Assembly (NCBI GenBank): GCA_050575255.1
Contig: JBNZDD010013730.1
Coordinates: 7,718,012-7,782,011, forward strand
Length of the DNA: 64,000 nucleotides
Origin: Harriotta raleighana
Taxonomy: Eukaryota
Reading direction: 5' to 3'
Position numbers and translations under genes: made by a program. This document shows, one piece after another, positions 37,508 through 51,886 of this stretch. Position 1 is the stretch's first letter; every line of letters begins with the position of its first letter. A model generated the notes under the pieces. It saw only the letters and a program-made list of their open reading frames with translations. It was not told where the DNA came from and did not search any database.

Positions 37508-38639
37508 CTAAGATAAAAATAATACGTTTTTCACACATGAATAAAATACGAAATAAAATACATTAGAAAAAAGATTTAAGATTACTCTGAAATCTTCCAT
37601 TGTAAACTTGGATTTAGCTGAGCTCTATCTTTTTGTGAAAAGTATAGCAATTCAGTGATCATGTAATTGTATGAAATGAGACTTGCTAACAAATTTACAA
37701 CCCACCCGCATACAGCAAAAGCTGCTCATTCATCATTAAACTCATAAATAGCAGTGGAATACATATACTGTACTGCAATGATACTAAACCTCCAATCTTA
37801 CCACATTTAATTTGGCTGAACATTTACTTATCTGTCATTTATTTACTATTTAGCCAACTGATGTTTTGTGTTATTTTAAATTGGAGTTTACAGATAACTT
37901 GTGTTGCCTTAAATTGGTAAGATTTGTTTTCGATTATTAGGTACATTTCACCTCAGTTGAGATAATGTTGAGGATGGAGTGCCTGAAAATATGTAACCAC
38001 AACTATGTTCAAGAATTCTAATTTTATTAGCTGTAAATGTGGAATCTTTTGTACCCTATTCAATGCTAAGAATGCTAAGACAGCTATCACTCACATGCCT
38101 AGTATGAGATCTCTGGAAATGAATGCATAATACTGTATACGTATTCATTTTCTGGTTAGTATTCTCAGATCTTTAGTGATGCAAGCCTGGAGCCATTTAA
38201 GACTCAACAATTAGCATTCCAGTGTTAAAGTATAGACATTCTTGTTGACCTATACAAGATGTTTTAAAATACTTTAGTTCGACAATATCTCCTCTGGTTA
38301 AACACTCACTTCCTTTTAAGATGCCTTTTGGAAAGGATGACATTTTATTGACACAAACTATGATTTAAGATGTACTGTATGATTAACTGTGCTGAAAAAA
38401 TGTGTAACTACTCTTTTCAGTTACTTATTTTATTTGATAACATTTATCTTATCTGATCTTATCTCATTATCTCATTAGACTACATTTCATAACTGCTCAC
38501 ACATGTATTCTTCTAAACTTTAAATACAGTGCATATATTTTCTCCTCACTATGTTGAAAACAAGAATCATTGCAATTCATTATACCATATCCCAGAGTCT
38601 CAAAAGTTTAGATCTAAAAAAGTTACCATTTGTGTCCAT

Positions 38640-39065
38640 TTCTGAATACCCTACTTTAGAAAAGATGTCAAGTCATGAAGGGAATACACAAGAGATGCAC
38701 TAGGATGATACCATAGGGATGGGAGTTTTAAGTATGAAGAGAGATGAGCATTTTTTTTTACTAGAACAAAGGAAACAGTATATCTGTTCAAATTATAATA
38801 GATTTTGATACATTTTGATAAATAAGGAGAAACTGTTTTGTTGGTGGGGGTGGGTGGTGTGGTGAAAGGACTCCTGTTTAGGGAAATAAATAGGCTGAGG
38901 TATTTGTTCTATAGTATTACCTTTAAAGATAAAGAGAACATTATGACAGAGCATGGAGATGGGTCGATAATAGATTTGCCTTGTCTGATGGTCTCTGGAA
39001 GAAATGGGCTGGATGGATTTTATGAGCTTGGGTGGTTTCACACTTTCTTTTACTCTTATTTCTCA
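38640..39065 (+). mobile_element. Old CR1 LINE 3' fragment
   Basis: tactttagaaaagatgtc..acaagagatgcactaggatgatacc..aagtatgaagagag resembles YFRKDV..VQRRFTRMIPG..YEER. It ends in a CR1-like 3' UTR. Confidence 0.7.
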
Positions 39066-40526
39066 GGGCTGAACATTTGCTGAAGTTTAACACACAAACA
39101 AAATGTACTGTCGCTTCCAAACCTACCAAAATCATTACTTGCGATTGCATTTTAAATGGGCGCTCTGTTCAAGTCAGTTCTGATTATCCATCACAGAAGG
39201 AGTTTATGAAGGCAGTCATAGGCTTATTAAATAAGATTTAACACATTTTTCACAATCTCACAAATGTGAAATTAAGCTCCACGTTTACTTTAGTGCTAGC
39301 AACCAAAGCAGTCGGTGATTATTTCTTCAGAAATAAAAGCCTCAACTTATGCTATTAATAATGCAGCAAACCTGTTCTTGTTTAACCTCGTTCTCTGGTG
39401 GGATTTTGTGTTACCCACTGCAGCTTCAAGAAGGTTCCTTTATAATTCACTCGAGATTTCTGGCCAATTTGCTCACGAGTGCTTTGTTGTACTGACATGT
39501 GTGGGTTAATATGACCAAGAACTCTGCATAATTACCCATATCCTTGTAAGTGTCTCCATAGAATAGAGTGAAGTGTCTTTTACTGTTATATAAAGTTCAG
39601 TTACATCTTATTATCACCATCTTTTTGATGGTTTGAATAATAACATGGGTTTCTATATTTCTATTCTTATGCTTCTTAGGTGTTAATGTGTGAGGAAAAG
39701 CTTGTCTGCAGTACCTTACACAGTATTATAACTACCATGCATCATTTGATTCACGCATTTGACTTCAATTTATTCCTTTTCATCTTTTTGTCTGGGTGAC
39801 CCAAGCAAAGATTTATATTGTAATGTTTTGGGAGCATTGCCAGGGCTTTATAAATGATGCAATTTATTCTTTTTTACTAGAATAAAAGCTGCTAAAAGGC
39901 TCTTACTTTCACCAAAATATCCTGTAATATATATGATCTCCAAATCCACAAGGATGATGATAAGACTAACTGCAAATGCAATGTGATTTAAGGTTTTTGA
40001 AGCTCATTGGGTTCTGAACTAAGTCTTTTTGTTCTGTTCTCCCATTTCTTGATATATCTGCACTGTTGTTTTCTTATTATGTTTGATATGGAACAAATAA
40101 CAAATCTACTGTGTATGATATAAAATGTTAAGCATCTCTTCGGCCAAACATTTAAGTTCGAAAGACTCGAGACTCAATGAAACTAGTTGCAACTTCAGAT
40201 GTTTACAAAAGATTCATGAACCTGTTAAATGGATCTATAATAAGAGTTTTTCAATGCTATTTCAAGATACTGTAACTACTTTTATTTTGAAAATCACAAA
40301 GCATTGCACCTGACTCTTACACGTCTGGTTCAATGACCTGCATGAAAATAGTGGTACTGTACTTACTTCAACCTCCAAATCATTTGCAAGGGCTGACTGG
40401 CTAGTCAGAAGTTCGCGAGTAAGCGAATGCAACAAACCTTCAGAATGGAGCTGTTATTCTTCAGCAAGAAGAAGAATAATTATTCTTGCATTAGAAGAGG
40501 CAACGTAATTATCTTGAGGTTCAAGT

Positions 40527-40739
40527 ACATAATAATCCCTCCAAAAAAAACCACAATAATAAAATTGGTCATTTCAATCCATGACTGTTTGTGGGACACT
40601 GCTGTGCGCAATTGGCTGCCGCGTTCCGCCCACAAATATACAGTCAATTCTCTTTACAGTATATTCTATGAAGCGCTTTGGGACGTTGATAAGATGTGAA
40701 AAGCGCTATATCAAATGCAAGGATTATTATTATTATTAT
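40527..40739 (+). mobile_element. 5'-truncated young SINE
   Basis: Near-identical to the reverse complement of 50530-50745, with CpGs retained. Confidence 0.93.
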
Positions 40740-43309
40740 ACATCATCATCCCAGGGTGACATTCCAGGTACAGACAGACTCACTGGTCTTCTGCAGGTAT
40801 TGTCTAGATAAGCAATCAGTAGTTGACCTGTTTGTAGATTGCTGAGAGTCTCATATCTGGGAGCTTGCACAAGTGTGGCAGCTGAGCCATCTGGGGCAGT
40901 CAGTTTCTATGCAACTTCCAACTATCAAAAGGTGACACATTCACAGCCTTCTGGATCCGAATGTGTCAGACAGGGAGGGAATTGCTGTATTGGTTAGGAG
41001 AGCATTGTGTAATGGCAGCTTTCCCTCGACCCAGACAGAGCAACAGCAGATCAAACCAAAACGTTATGCTTAAGCCACGTATGTTCAGATGATTAATATG
41101 CATTTTTTTCTCTCACGCATTTCTGTGGATTATAATGGTACTAATCGCTGCTATGTAATAAATGAGTTGTGCATTTTGCTTCCTTCGTCAAATCTGGAAA
41201 TCTATCTATAATAATTGTGATAACTTGCCTGTTTGCTGCAAACTAGAGTAAACAGATCTCATGTTAATACAGTCACTTGCTTACAGCAAGACCTGGAGGC
41301 TTGACTATCCTACTGATATATTCATGGAGCTATTTGTTGCTCAGCCAATAATCTGGACGATAATATTGTTTCTAAGAAGCAGATTATGTTATAATAAATG
41401 CATCTTTAATTGTTTTCATAATCACAATAGATTAAACTCAGTTATATGAATATTGTAATTTTTTTTTTTTTTAGAAAATTTACCTTTGTTATAATGTCTT
41501 TCACATCAGGAAAATGTCTTAAAACTAACCACTGGACCTACACAATTTAGCTGATTTACTTTGATACTCATCTGCCGATTTAGGAACTGGATTGACATGT
41601 TTACTGTCAAGCCAAACTGGAGTTAGATGAGATTGAAGGACATGACTGAAGGGCAGATCCATTAATTTTCAAGCCATCCTCAATTTGGTACTGCAGAAAA
41701 CATTTTAGTCCATCATTGATTCCAATTCCCATTGGGTATCATCTCCCCTCCCTTCCAAAGAAACAAACAAACATGATTTAAATCCTTAGCCATAGCGATT
41801 TTTGATCTCTCAAAGGACAGTTTGATTTTCCATTAGGTATAATGGCAGATAAAGCTTTAGTAAAATGGATGTTTGAAACCAGGGGGAAAAAACCCTGTGT
41901 ATAGCTCTAACTGAATATGACCCAATATCTTGGTTATCCTCAGTGAAACTCTACTGTCCTCATTTGAACAGCAAAGATGCCCTTCAGCAAAGCGGATCTC
42001 AGTGGTGAATGTGGAATCATTGAATATGTATATACAGTATGTGGAAAAGGCTGGATGAACATCAATTCACTCCAAGGGTCTTATTTGGTCAATAATTCCA
42101 AATAATGACAGTTCCATATTTCTTTGTGTTTATGGCTTTAGTAACTCATCCTAATTACCAAACACAACCATGCACAAACTACCAATGTGGGCAGATCCTG
42201 CTTACACAAACTGCAGTGTTGTTTTAACATCGTCAAAATGTTACGTTTTAGTCCAAGTCTATATTAGAATCCATTCAGATCTTAAAAAAAACTAGTCTTC
42301 TATTTACTGTTAATTATATTGGATTAAGTTTCAAGAAAGATAAATTGATGTTAATTCACCATTTTTGCACAGACAAGTAAAAAGGAGGCTCTTAGTATTC
42401 TCTCTTTCCAAGCATCATCACAAAATCATATACTAGGCCAGCTTTTCCAATAATTGCATTTCCATAGTACACCTTTATCCCATGAAATGTGGACTGTCCT
42501 TAAGCATACAACAGGCCCCTTATAATTTTGGTTTCATAAAACAGCAATGCTTATCACTTGTAGGAATCAGAATACTCGTGGGTTTTGCACTTAATACTGT
42601 AATTAGAATGCAATCTGACTGAATGGCTGAACGCTCAGCGAGAATTTAGTGTGGCTCACACTCATATATTACCGGGTGAACCTATTGCTGCAAAAGTCTC
42701 CAGTGAATGATCAATGTATGTGCCACCGCATCAATAAATAAAACATGGATATGAAATAGATAAATTTCTGGATAGATCAAAGCACAGAGCACATAGACAC
42801 ATGCACAATAAAACCACTGGAATGAACAGGTTAACCCTTACATCACCCATATCTCTAGGGAAATGACTGGATCCTTGGAAATCCTCTTGGAAATGATTTT
42901 TTTTCCCAGAATTTTTACCATTTATGGCAAAATTGTCTCCAGGAGTAACTTTATTCCTGCCAAGGAAATAAAACACTCAAGTCACAATTTTAAATTAACA
43001 TTTTAAAATGCTGTAATTTTCCGTTTTAAAAGAGAATCAAAACCATGCTTTCAGTTTTTGCTTGTGACTTTAGAAAGTCATGTTAATTATCAAGCGTAAA
43101 CTGTCTGTAACACACATTGAAATGGCCAGCACATAACTGCAGTATTAATTTAGGTAGTTAAAATGCTAGTGTTTAGTTCAATTCCATTTTCAGTTCTGTC
43201 AGTCACTGAAAGTTCAGTGTCTGAGTGCCTCAGGCGAGGGAGAGAAACTTTCATTGAAAGTTCACTGTGTCTCTCCATAGCCTGAGGCATGGAGTCCTGG
43301 GATCAACCT

Positions 43310-43470
43310 TGTCATGCTCCGAGACTCTACCTTGTGTGAAGGACACTGTATAAATGCGTGTAGTTGTTGTTGAAATTGTCACTTCACAACTGTGAACTAG
43401 CTCAAATACATCACATATAAAGTTTCCACAGTGGTATTTCAAATATGGCCTCACCAATGATCTGTATGTG
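43310..43470 (-). mobile_element. L2 tail plus short CR1 remnant
   Basis: A plus-oriented tail (gtgaaggacactgtataaatg..gttgttgttg) lies next to a minus-strand YRSLVRPYLKY motif (CR1 LYKSLVRPHLEY). Confidence 0.5.
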
Positions 43471-45598
43471 GTCACAATACTTGTTGCATCAAATCCCTGC
43501 TCTTGAATTGTTGCTAAACATATATTTTCCACTGTTCATTTGTTAGTTCTAGAGTAAAACATATTGGATTGTGTTCTGCACCATCACAGACATGTCTGCT
43601 GTCATCACCAACTCCCAACAGACATTAAAAAGAAAACATTTTGAATGGATTTTCTTTCATGATGTTTCTGCCCGTTATTGAAAATAAATGTAAACCAGAT
43701 GATTTAGGGTACCCAGAGTATTATTGTTTTAACAAACATTCAATTTATATAGCAAAATGAACTAATATAAGTAGGGAATGTCCAAAGAGGAGAGGAACTC
43801 TAATAATATGCAGGGATCACGCTGGCTAAGAATGGATGTATTTTTCCACCCTCCGCCCCATAATTTCATTCAGTTACAGAGTCCGGTTGAGCTAGATTAG
43901 CAAATAGATATCTTCTAAAGCAACTTCAGCAAAGCCAGGACCTTGTAGAAGTTCTTGTGTGCCCTTGTTCTATCCTCCCGCTTTGTTGATAAAGATGATA
44001 CATCAAAAGACAAAGGATTTTTTGCAAAGAATGCAGCCACATTTCTAATACAATATGTTATTGAAATTTGAGCATGCATTCTCAGAGTTTATGGTACTGG
44101 ATGATTATTTTTCTCTCCTGTCTAAATATCTTGCATTGTGATGCCCAATGTAGTCACCATTCAAAGGCCACTTCCCCTCTCTCCCATCCTCTTAGTTCCC
44201 TCAGCCCCCATTCAGCTGTGTGAAGCACTTTGAAACGTGAATTGTTGTCATCGTTGTCAAGTTCAGTCAATTCAAAGCAAGTGTTAAATTGCTCTCATAA
44301 ATGTGTTGCATTGTTGCATTTCTGTGTAATATTTAGTTTACCTATAATAATGATTAAGTATATATTAAGTGTACCATTAATTATGCATTTAGTTTACCTG
44401 TGTATATGTACAGTATCTATCACCCTCGGGACCTGACAGTGTGCNCAATGTGTTGCATTGTTGCATTTCTGTGTAATATTTAGTTTACCTATAATAATGA
44501 TTAAGTATATATTAAGTGTACCATTAATTATGCATTTAGTTTACCTGTGTATATGTACAGTATCTATCACCCTCGGGACCTGACAGTGTGCTGGATGGCT
44601 CCAGTATAAGATCCGGTTGTTAGAATGGTGAATTGTATTGGGAGATACCGGTTGATTGAGCGTTCCGGTTGGTTGGGTGCTGGATAACCCAAGCTTTTAT
44701 TGTATTTAGTTTACCAATAATTATTATTTAATTAGAAATATCATAACATTGATTGAACTATTGTGAAATCATAGTTAGAATTGGCATCCCAATCGGGTAA
44801 CACCTCATATGGAATCCAATCATCTTGTTCCACGTATTTCAATTGGTGCGAAAAGCTATGTGGACATTCACAAACTAGATTTTCTTTGCACTATTTGTGA
44901 CTTCTGGCTTGCAAATGTGGATTGTGAGATTCGTGAACAGTCAATTGCAAATCCCAAGCCGGTAAAGTGGGGAAAAAAGGCCAGAGAGGAAAATAGTCTT
45001 TTAATGCCTTTTAACTTTGATGTAATGAGACCATTTTACTGGCTTCACCTTTTAAACCTTGTTAGACTCGATAAGTAGGTCTATTTTAAAAGCATAAGAG
45101 TAAAGTGACCACTACACAACCTGCACATCCATTAGAGGTTTCTAAAAGGCTTGTTGCTTGAATACCTTGTCCTTGTATCTATCTCCCAGCAGACATTGTT
45201 TCCTGGCACCTGCTGCGTAAACAAAGGATCAGTGAAGCTGATAATAAGTTTCACATCCTTTGAGATTTCCAACAGGCCATGCACAGATTTTCTTTCAACA
45301 CATCATTGCAGCAGTCTTTGGTTGGAGACAGTAACTGTAGCTATAACACTTCACAGCTGCATTTGCAATACAATTTGAGAAAGTTTACTGTTTTCCGAGT
45401 GCAGTATAAATTCAAGCATTTGTTCCAGTATTATCAGAAGATGAGATTTGGTTTCCGTTCCTCGCGAGGGGTGATTTCATATCAGTGTGTTTTACATCTA
45501 AATTTGATCTAGATAATAACAATTCTGGCCAGACATGCAGCTCCAGCTCCAAAAGGCCACACAAAAAAAAGGACAGAGCGTTCATTCCTTCAGCATAC

Positions 45599-45748
45599 CG
45601 CTCTTCTCTTCTTTGATAACTCGATGATTCACTCATACATCTCTTGTAGAATATCCCAGTCCTCTAAATGCCTCCATGATACATTGCCATGATATTACTA
45701 TTTGCTTCTCTCCTGAATCTTTCCTTCCTTGTTTGCTTCATTTCCTGA
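45599..45748 (-). other. Candidate non-coding exon (150 nt)
   Basis: Branch cactaat, tcctttttttcag| acceptor, purine-rich body and donor GCG|gtatgc. Stops occur in all three frames. Confidence 0.35.
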
Positions 45749-48700
45749 CTGAAAAAAAGGATCAAATTAGTGTCAATCAAAATGGAGTTGGCTGTAGTAT
45801 TGTTTGATGCTGTGACCTTTAACAAGAAGGTGCTGTTATCCAGTATGAGCAGGATGTTAAAGATGGCATTTGAAATCACAGTGCTGTACAGTGCCTTGGA
45901 AATATGATTTATTTTCTTCCTGCTGGCTTCTCATCTCCACATTACCTCCCTTCAGTCAATTGGGTAAGTCAGTCTACATCATAGAGTTTGTCACAGGAAC
46001 AATCAGTGCTGTTGTGTATCCCTTGACAGAAAACGCACTGTATGTGAGCTGGGGTAGATGGCAATGTTGATTGTTTTTCCTCTCAACACTGAGTATACTC
46101 AGTCACTTGATGCTCTATATGCAAGTCAGGCAATAGCTGGAATAACAGGGTGATGTTAAAACTATGGCAAAGTATGGATTTATACTCAAAACCCTGCAGG
46201 TGGAAATTTTACCTCATTTCAAAATTATTTTACTGGCATATGTTGACCAATTTGTACATTTATTCTTAATTTTGAAACTACTTTTAAAGGAACCTGTAAG
46301 AAAAATAGCTTCAAATGTAACAGCGAATTGTCCAAAATTTGCATGCTAAGAAAAAAAAATAAGGCTCAACCCAGATGGAACTACGATCCTCACTCATCCT
46401 CTAACATTGTGATGATATCAGTGACTCAGAACTGTTCGCTGTTTCAAGCCCATCTTAAGTAGAATGACTTTATAGCAACAGCAGGAAGCTATCACTTCTC
46501 CACACTCTTTTCTGCTCCCTCTTCCAAATGATGTTTCTATAGCATGACTTGTCCCAAGTGCTCTATTACCCCGGCATCCACAACGCCTCTCACAGACTGC
46601 AGTACTGAAGAAGACCCTTTGAGGCATAAAATCATTCAACCCCTTTCTACGACAAAAGCCCTCACAGCTGCCCAGCACTACCTTTCCTTCCATAGAGTCA
46701 TCCACTGTGGTCCCATCTAATTTGAAAATTCATTCCGTGAAACTGCTTCCTGTAAGAAAATCATAGTGGACTTCTTGAAGTCACCTTAATAATCACATTA
46801 ATACACTTTGCCCTGTGTAGTTATTTATACAAGTGTCCCTGTGCTGCTGTCTGCAGTTGTCCAACATGATGAAACAGGATGCTGTTCTTGACTGCCTTTT
46901 AGATATTGTTTGTAACCAGCACACCTGGCACATACTAAGGTTGTCTCCTGTGGGAACTTAAAATATTTCAGAAGCAGAGAAAATAAGCACAGTTTTTATT
47001 GTAACAATATTAGCCAAGTGTTGGATTTTGTCCCTTGGGATTCCCCTGTCCCCACCCAACACTTTGCCCAATTTTGTAGCTGTTTCTGGTATTAATCTGA
47101 ACTTCCTGAGAAAATGCGTCTCTGATCCGCTGAGGTAACAGATCAATGTGGCATATTCGCCAGAATGGATAATGTACCAGCCAGAGTAAAGTTCTCTGGC
47201 TTACCCTTTCCTTTTCCTCTTCTAGAATGAGTTATCAGTGCTTTACAACAGCTGTATTGTAATCCCTCACATACCATCTAATTATTTTATAGGCAGTAAA
47301 TTGTAGGAGTGGAAAAAGTACTCACTTGCATTTAATGATCCTTGCCTTCACACTTGCGTAGACAAAGCTCTGTTTGCAGGGCAGCATTTATAATGTGGTT
47401 AAGAATACTTCACCGTGTGAATCTTTTGCACATTGGAAATCACACTTGAATTATTGTATCATAAAATGGTATGATTGGATTTGATCACTGCGCCAGCATT
47501 TCTGTCCCCATCAGATAGATATCACCTGAAGTGGGCTTCCACATTAAACAAGAAAACAAAGTGTGCACCTTAACTGATTCAATTAAATACAAACTTTAGG
47601 ATTCAATGTTATAGAATGTCTGTTCCATCTAGTATTGTAATATGTTATGGTGTTGGAAACTACACCTATGCAATACCCTCAACTCTCCACTGTTATGCCT
47701 CATTTATAGTGCTGGAAGCAAAGCAATATTATTTCCAACAATAGACTGATGCAGTGGGAAATCTGATTGATGAACTCAGCTGTGTAAATCCAAGTGCTGC
47801 TTGAAAGTGCTTCTTCAAAGGACACTCCTTGATGAAGGCGTCAAAGAGCATTCCCATGACCAAATACTCTACTTACCCAAAGACTTCCCCTTTTAAATAT
47901 GTGTAACTAGTACATGGAGCTTCCATATGATTAGAAACGTTGTTAAACTATTTCAATCAATTGAACCCAATAAGCAAACATGAAGGTCTCAATACTGAAA
48001 ACAATATGAAAAGTGTTTCATACTTTTTTCCATATGATTCCCTTCAGCATCATTGTTACCTTCCTTAACTTTTGATTTTCTAAGTNAAACTATTTCAATC
48101 AATTGAACCCAATAAGCAAACATGAAGGTCTCAATATTGAAAACAACATGAAAAGTGTTTTTTCCATATGATTCCCTTCAGCATTATTGTTACATTCCTT
48201 AACTTTTGATTTTCTAAGATAACATTTAGCTTTTCAGTCCATANTTCCTTAACTTTTGATTTTCTAAGTTAACATTTAGCTTTTCAGTCCATAAATTAAC
48301 AAGAAGTTGCATTCTGGTGCCACTGTGTATTCACTCCACAAAATACCTTGAAAGGAATTTAATTCTTCTGGTTAATTTTCATTCACTCTCAGCTACCAGC
48401 AGATGTCACCAAAGATAAAAATATGTGTGAAACTGCCCAGTCTAGTAATGAGTGGATAAATTACTGCTCTGTTGGGCAAACTTTCACTGGTTAAGATTTC
48501 AGCCTTGACCCTGGTTTCACCTCGCTTGCCACTTTTTGTACTAATGATAAAAGGATCAATTTATTATAACTGCCAACTGTCCCATGTCCAGCCAATGTAG
48601 CAGATATTTGCTGCTTCTAAAGAAACACAAATTAGATGAGAATGGTTTGGGCAGACTTATAATTATTCCTGAAATACAAACACACAAATACAGGAAATGC

Positions 48701-49020
48701 ATTTTCACACAGACAGAGGAAGCATAAGGCAGAGAAATGAGATGAATGAGCTTTTAAAAAAAGGCATTCAAACTCTTTGAGCACTGGATTTTCTTTACCG
48801 ATTTCAAAGTGCTACAGACATATGTAATGTACGCACTAAGAAATTATAAATAACCTGAGGAAAATGACTGTCACACCTTCTCTTCCTGCCATCTAATGAT
48901 GTGTGGACTCAAACTGAAAACCATGGTAACAGCGATAGTTTATGCCAATGATGCAAAATCTGGATGGCGTAAATTGATAGCGGTTGGAAAACTATCCTGA
49001 ACAGATGACGAGAGATCACC

Positions 49021-49120
49021 AGTTCTGATGAAAGGTCATCGACCTGAAAGATCAACTAATTTTCCTCTCCATAGATGCTGCCTGATCTGCTGCATGCCCA
49101 GCGACATCTGTTTTGATTTG
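49021..49120 (+). mobile_element. Penelope-type 3' tail carrying a minimal hammerhead ribozyme motif
   Basis: agtt-CTGATGA-a-aggtc-atc-gacct-GAAA-gaTC-aact, followed by ctctccatagatgctgcctgatctgctg. Confidence 0.65.
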
Positions 49121-49924
49121 AGGAGCGTTCAGAAAACGCTTTAGAAAACATTCCAAACATTGCTTTCTCAGAGAATCTCACCAACCACTTAAATTCTGTG
49201 TTAATTTGGAAGGCAGACCTACTTGCAAACTACTTGCAAAGCATCAAATTAAGACTGAATTAGAAATTTTCCGAAGGGGGGAATGGAATCTTGTACTGGG
49301 TCACTTTGAGGTGACCCTCGTACAAATAATCCCTAAGGGCTGGGTCCTTGTGCTTTGTGATCAACAATTAAGGTCCATTATGGTCACAGTACAGTTAGAA
49401 ATGAATATTTTTGTTTTCTTAAAAAGTTAGATTCCATGTTTGTGCGAATTGCAAGGACCAATTGATGATGCTTTTGTCAAAGATAAATTGAATGTTAACT
49501 GGATTTCATTACCTCCTTAAAAACTCGAATGTATTAGTGGGATACACATAAAATATTATCGGTCAATCTTAATCTCATGTTCTGCTAAATAATTTAGGAT
49601 ATAAAGCTGTTTTCATTTCAGCCCATGATTTTATTTCCAAACAAATGTTATTTGGCAAATCAGATTGAAAGATGAAGCATGGAAGCAAATGACATTTTGT
49701 GTGCTATTGAATTACAAATTATCTGTCACTGGAACTAATCAGATTCTGTCCCGGGCATCACTGGAAATTTCCTTTGAAATTTAGTATACTGTGCATCCTC
49801 AATATTTGTTGGTATTTGCTGTAGCCTGAGATCTGCTGCTATATATCCTGGGGATAATGGCCAAAGTTCTGAGCTGTATTTTCTCGATGATTAAAATTCA
49901 TTGAGAATCTTAATAACCACAGTT

Positions 49925-50360
49925 ATAATAAAATAACGTTTGCATTTGATATAACTCCTAATCATGCCAAAGAATTTTCATACAATGAATTGTTTTCATT
50001 TGTACTACTGTGGCTGTATAGATAAATGTGGCTTTATGTATGGGACATTATTGCGCAAATGGGCTGCCACATTAGCCTAGAAAAACAGTCGCTGTACTTC
50101 ACAATAAATCCCGTAAAGCAGGAGATGTTTTGATAATGTGATAAAGTGCTGTATCAAACGCGAGGATTATTATTAGGAATATTTATTATCTAATCTGTGT
50201 TGCCAACATCCCAGAAACAGGCGAATTATGAACAAACAAAGATTGCATTCATTATTGAATTTGGATAAGGGAGGGTTATTGAGCAGGATACAGAGAGAAC
50301 TTTATATTCTTCTTCCAAATGGGGCCAGAGGATCTTTAAACTCTACCTGCAAGTTAGACA
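49925..50360. mobile_element. Composite: minus-strand Deu-SINE interrupted by a plus-strand SINE tail (about 50040-50175)
   Basis: Minus tail at 49925-50030, plus tail ending ggattattatta, then a minus Deu core (caggatacagagagaact..ggatctttaa). Confidence 0.6.
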
Positions 50361-50529
50361 GCTTTCTCTGCCATGTGTTATCACTGTGCCTTCAATAAGG
50401 TCAAAAATGCTAGGCATAACCCACATAGTTTGTTAATTGGACTTGATTCTTCCACCAATATTTGATCCAGCGGTCATCTATCATGTAACACTACCTGAGT
50501 TACCTTCTGTGATTTAAAGTGCACATTGT

Positions 50530-50864
50530 TAATAATAATAATAATCCTTGCATTTGATATCGCGCTTTTCACATTTTATCAACGTCCCAAAGCGCTTCAC
50601 AGATTATACTGTAAAGTGAATTGACTGTATATTTGTGGGCGGAACGCGGCAGCCAATTGCGCACAGCAGTGTCCCACAAACAGTCGTGGATTGAAATGAC
50701 CAATTTTAATATTGTAGTTTTTTTTTTGGAGGGATTATTATTAGGCATGTGGAGTAAGGAAACTTGCCCAAGGTTTCGCCCTGATCTGCCTGGATTCGAA
50801 CACAGGTCTCACTCTTGTAAGGCATGTAAGGTGAGTGCTCTAACCACTGAGCCACAGGAGCTCC
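50530..50864 (-). mobile_element. Full-length young tRNA-derived SINE
   Basis: Head ggctcagtggttagagc and B box gttcgaatcc on the minus strand, CpG-rich body and (tta)n tail. Confidence 0.94.
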
Positions 50865-51867
50865 AAAACCATGAATTCAAATGTTCAAAACAGCATCTGA
50901 AGATCATAGGGTTCATGATGGGACTTGCCGATTCCCCAGGACTGCCACAGTTTTATTCAGGTTCTTCCACTTTCAGTAAAGAAATATGCTATCATAGCAA
51001 GCATGCCTGCCAATGTGAGCATTTTATGCATTGCTTTAGGATGACAAAAAGCTCCTGCAGTCCTTTGCTGCACTAACATTCTGTCCCATGGAACAGAACA
51101 ACATGGACTCAAATGCATCCACTTCTCTCCCTGGGCTTTCTACACAGTGAGTTGTTAATCTCACCTGAAGTTTCAAGGTAGGTTCCAATGAAGGTGAGAA
51201 GTTCCCCTGAGAGAAGGAGAAAAATACAGTCACCTTGTGGTACTTGCACTCTTATCGACCACTCACAGAGCATCATGGACAAAGACTTTATAATAAGAAC
51301 CCAGATCTTTGGATGGAAAATGGTTTACGAGCGGTGGGGAGAAAGTCATTTCAAAACTATTTTCTATGTGATCCATCCTGGACTCATGTAGACTTTTGAG
51401 GTCCATGACTTTAGTTTCAGATTGAGTTTGAGAAGCTATTGAGATCCATTTAACCTAATTTAACTCAAATATCTTGCTTTGCTTCTGATTTGAATCTTGA
51501 CTTCAGAGAGTTGAACCAATTATGAAATCGCAGAATTAAGAAATTGCTGTTGAACAATTTAAAGTTACATCCAATTTCAGCTTACTTTCTGCCAAGAGTA
51601 AGATTTTATGATATATAATGTAAGACTAATTACAGCCCCAAATGATCATTGGAATAATAAAACTCTGCCTTTACATTCAATGATTTGCCCCAGGCTAGCA
51701 TTTCAGTACTGGTTATTTTAGTGCCAATTGCAATCTCATCTCACTCACTCTTTGTGCTCATAAAATCTCACATCTGACAAATGACTAAGATTTGTCAATT
51801 AAATTAAATTAGTCAATTAAATGACTAAGATTTTCAGCTATGAATGGTATCTTACACATTGAAAGGA

Positions 51868-51886
51868 TATATATATATATATATAT
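51868..51886. repeat. (AT)n microsatellite
   Basis: Direct inspection. Confidence 0.9.
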
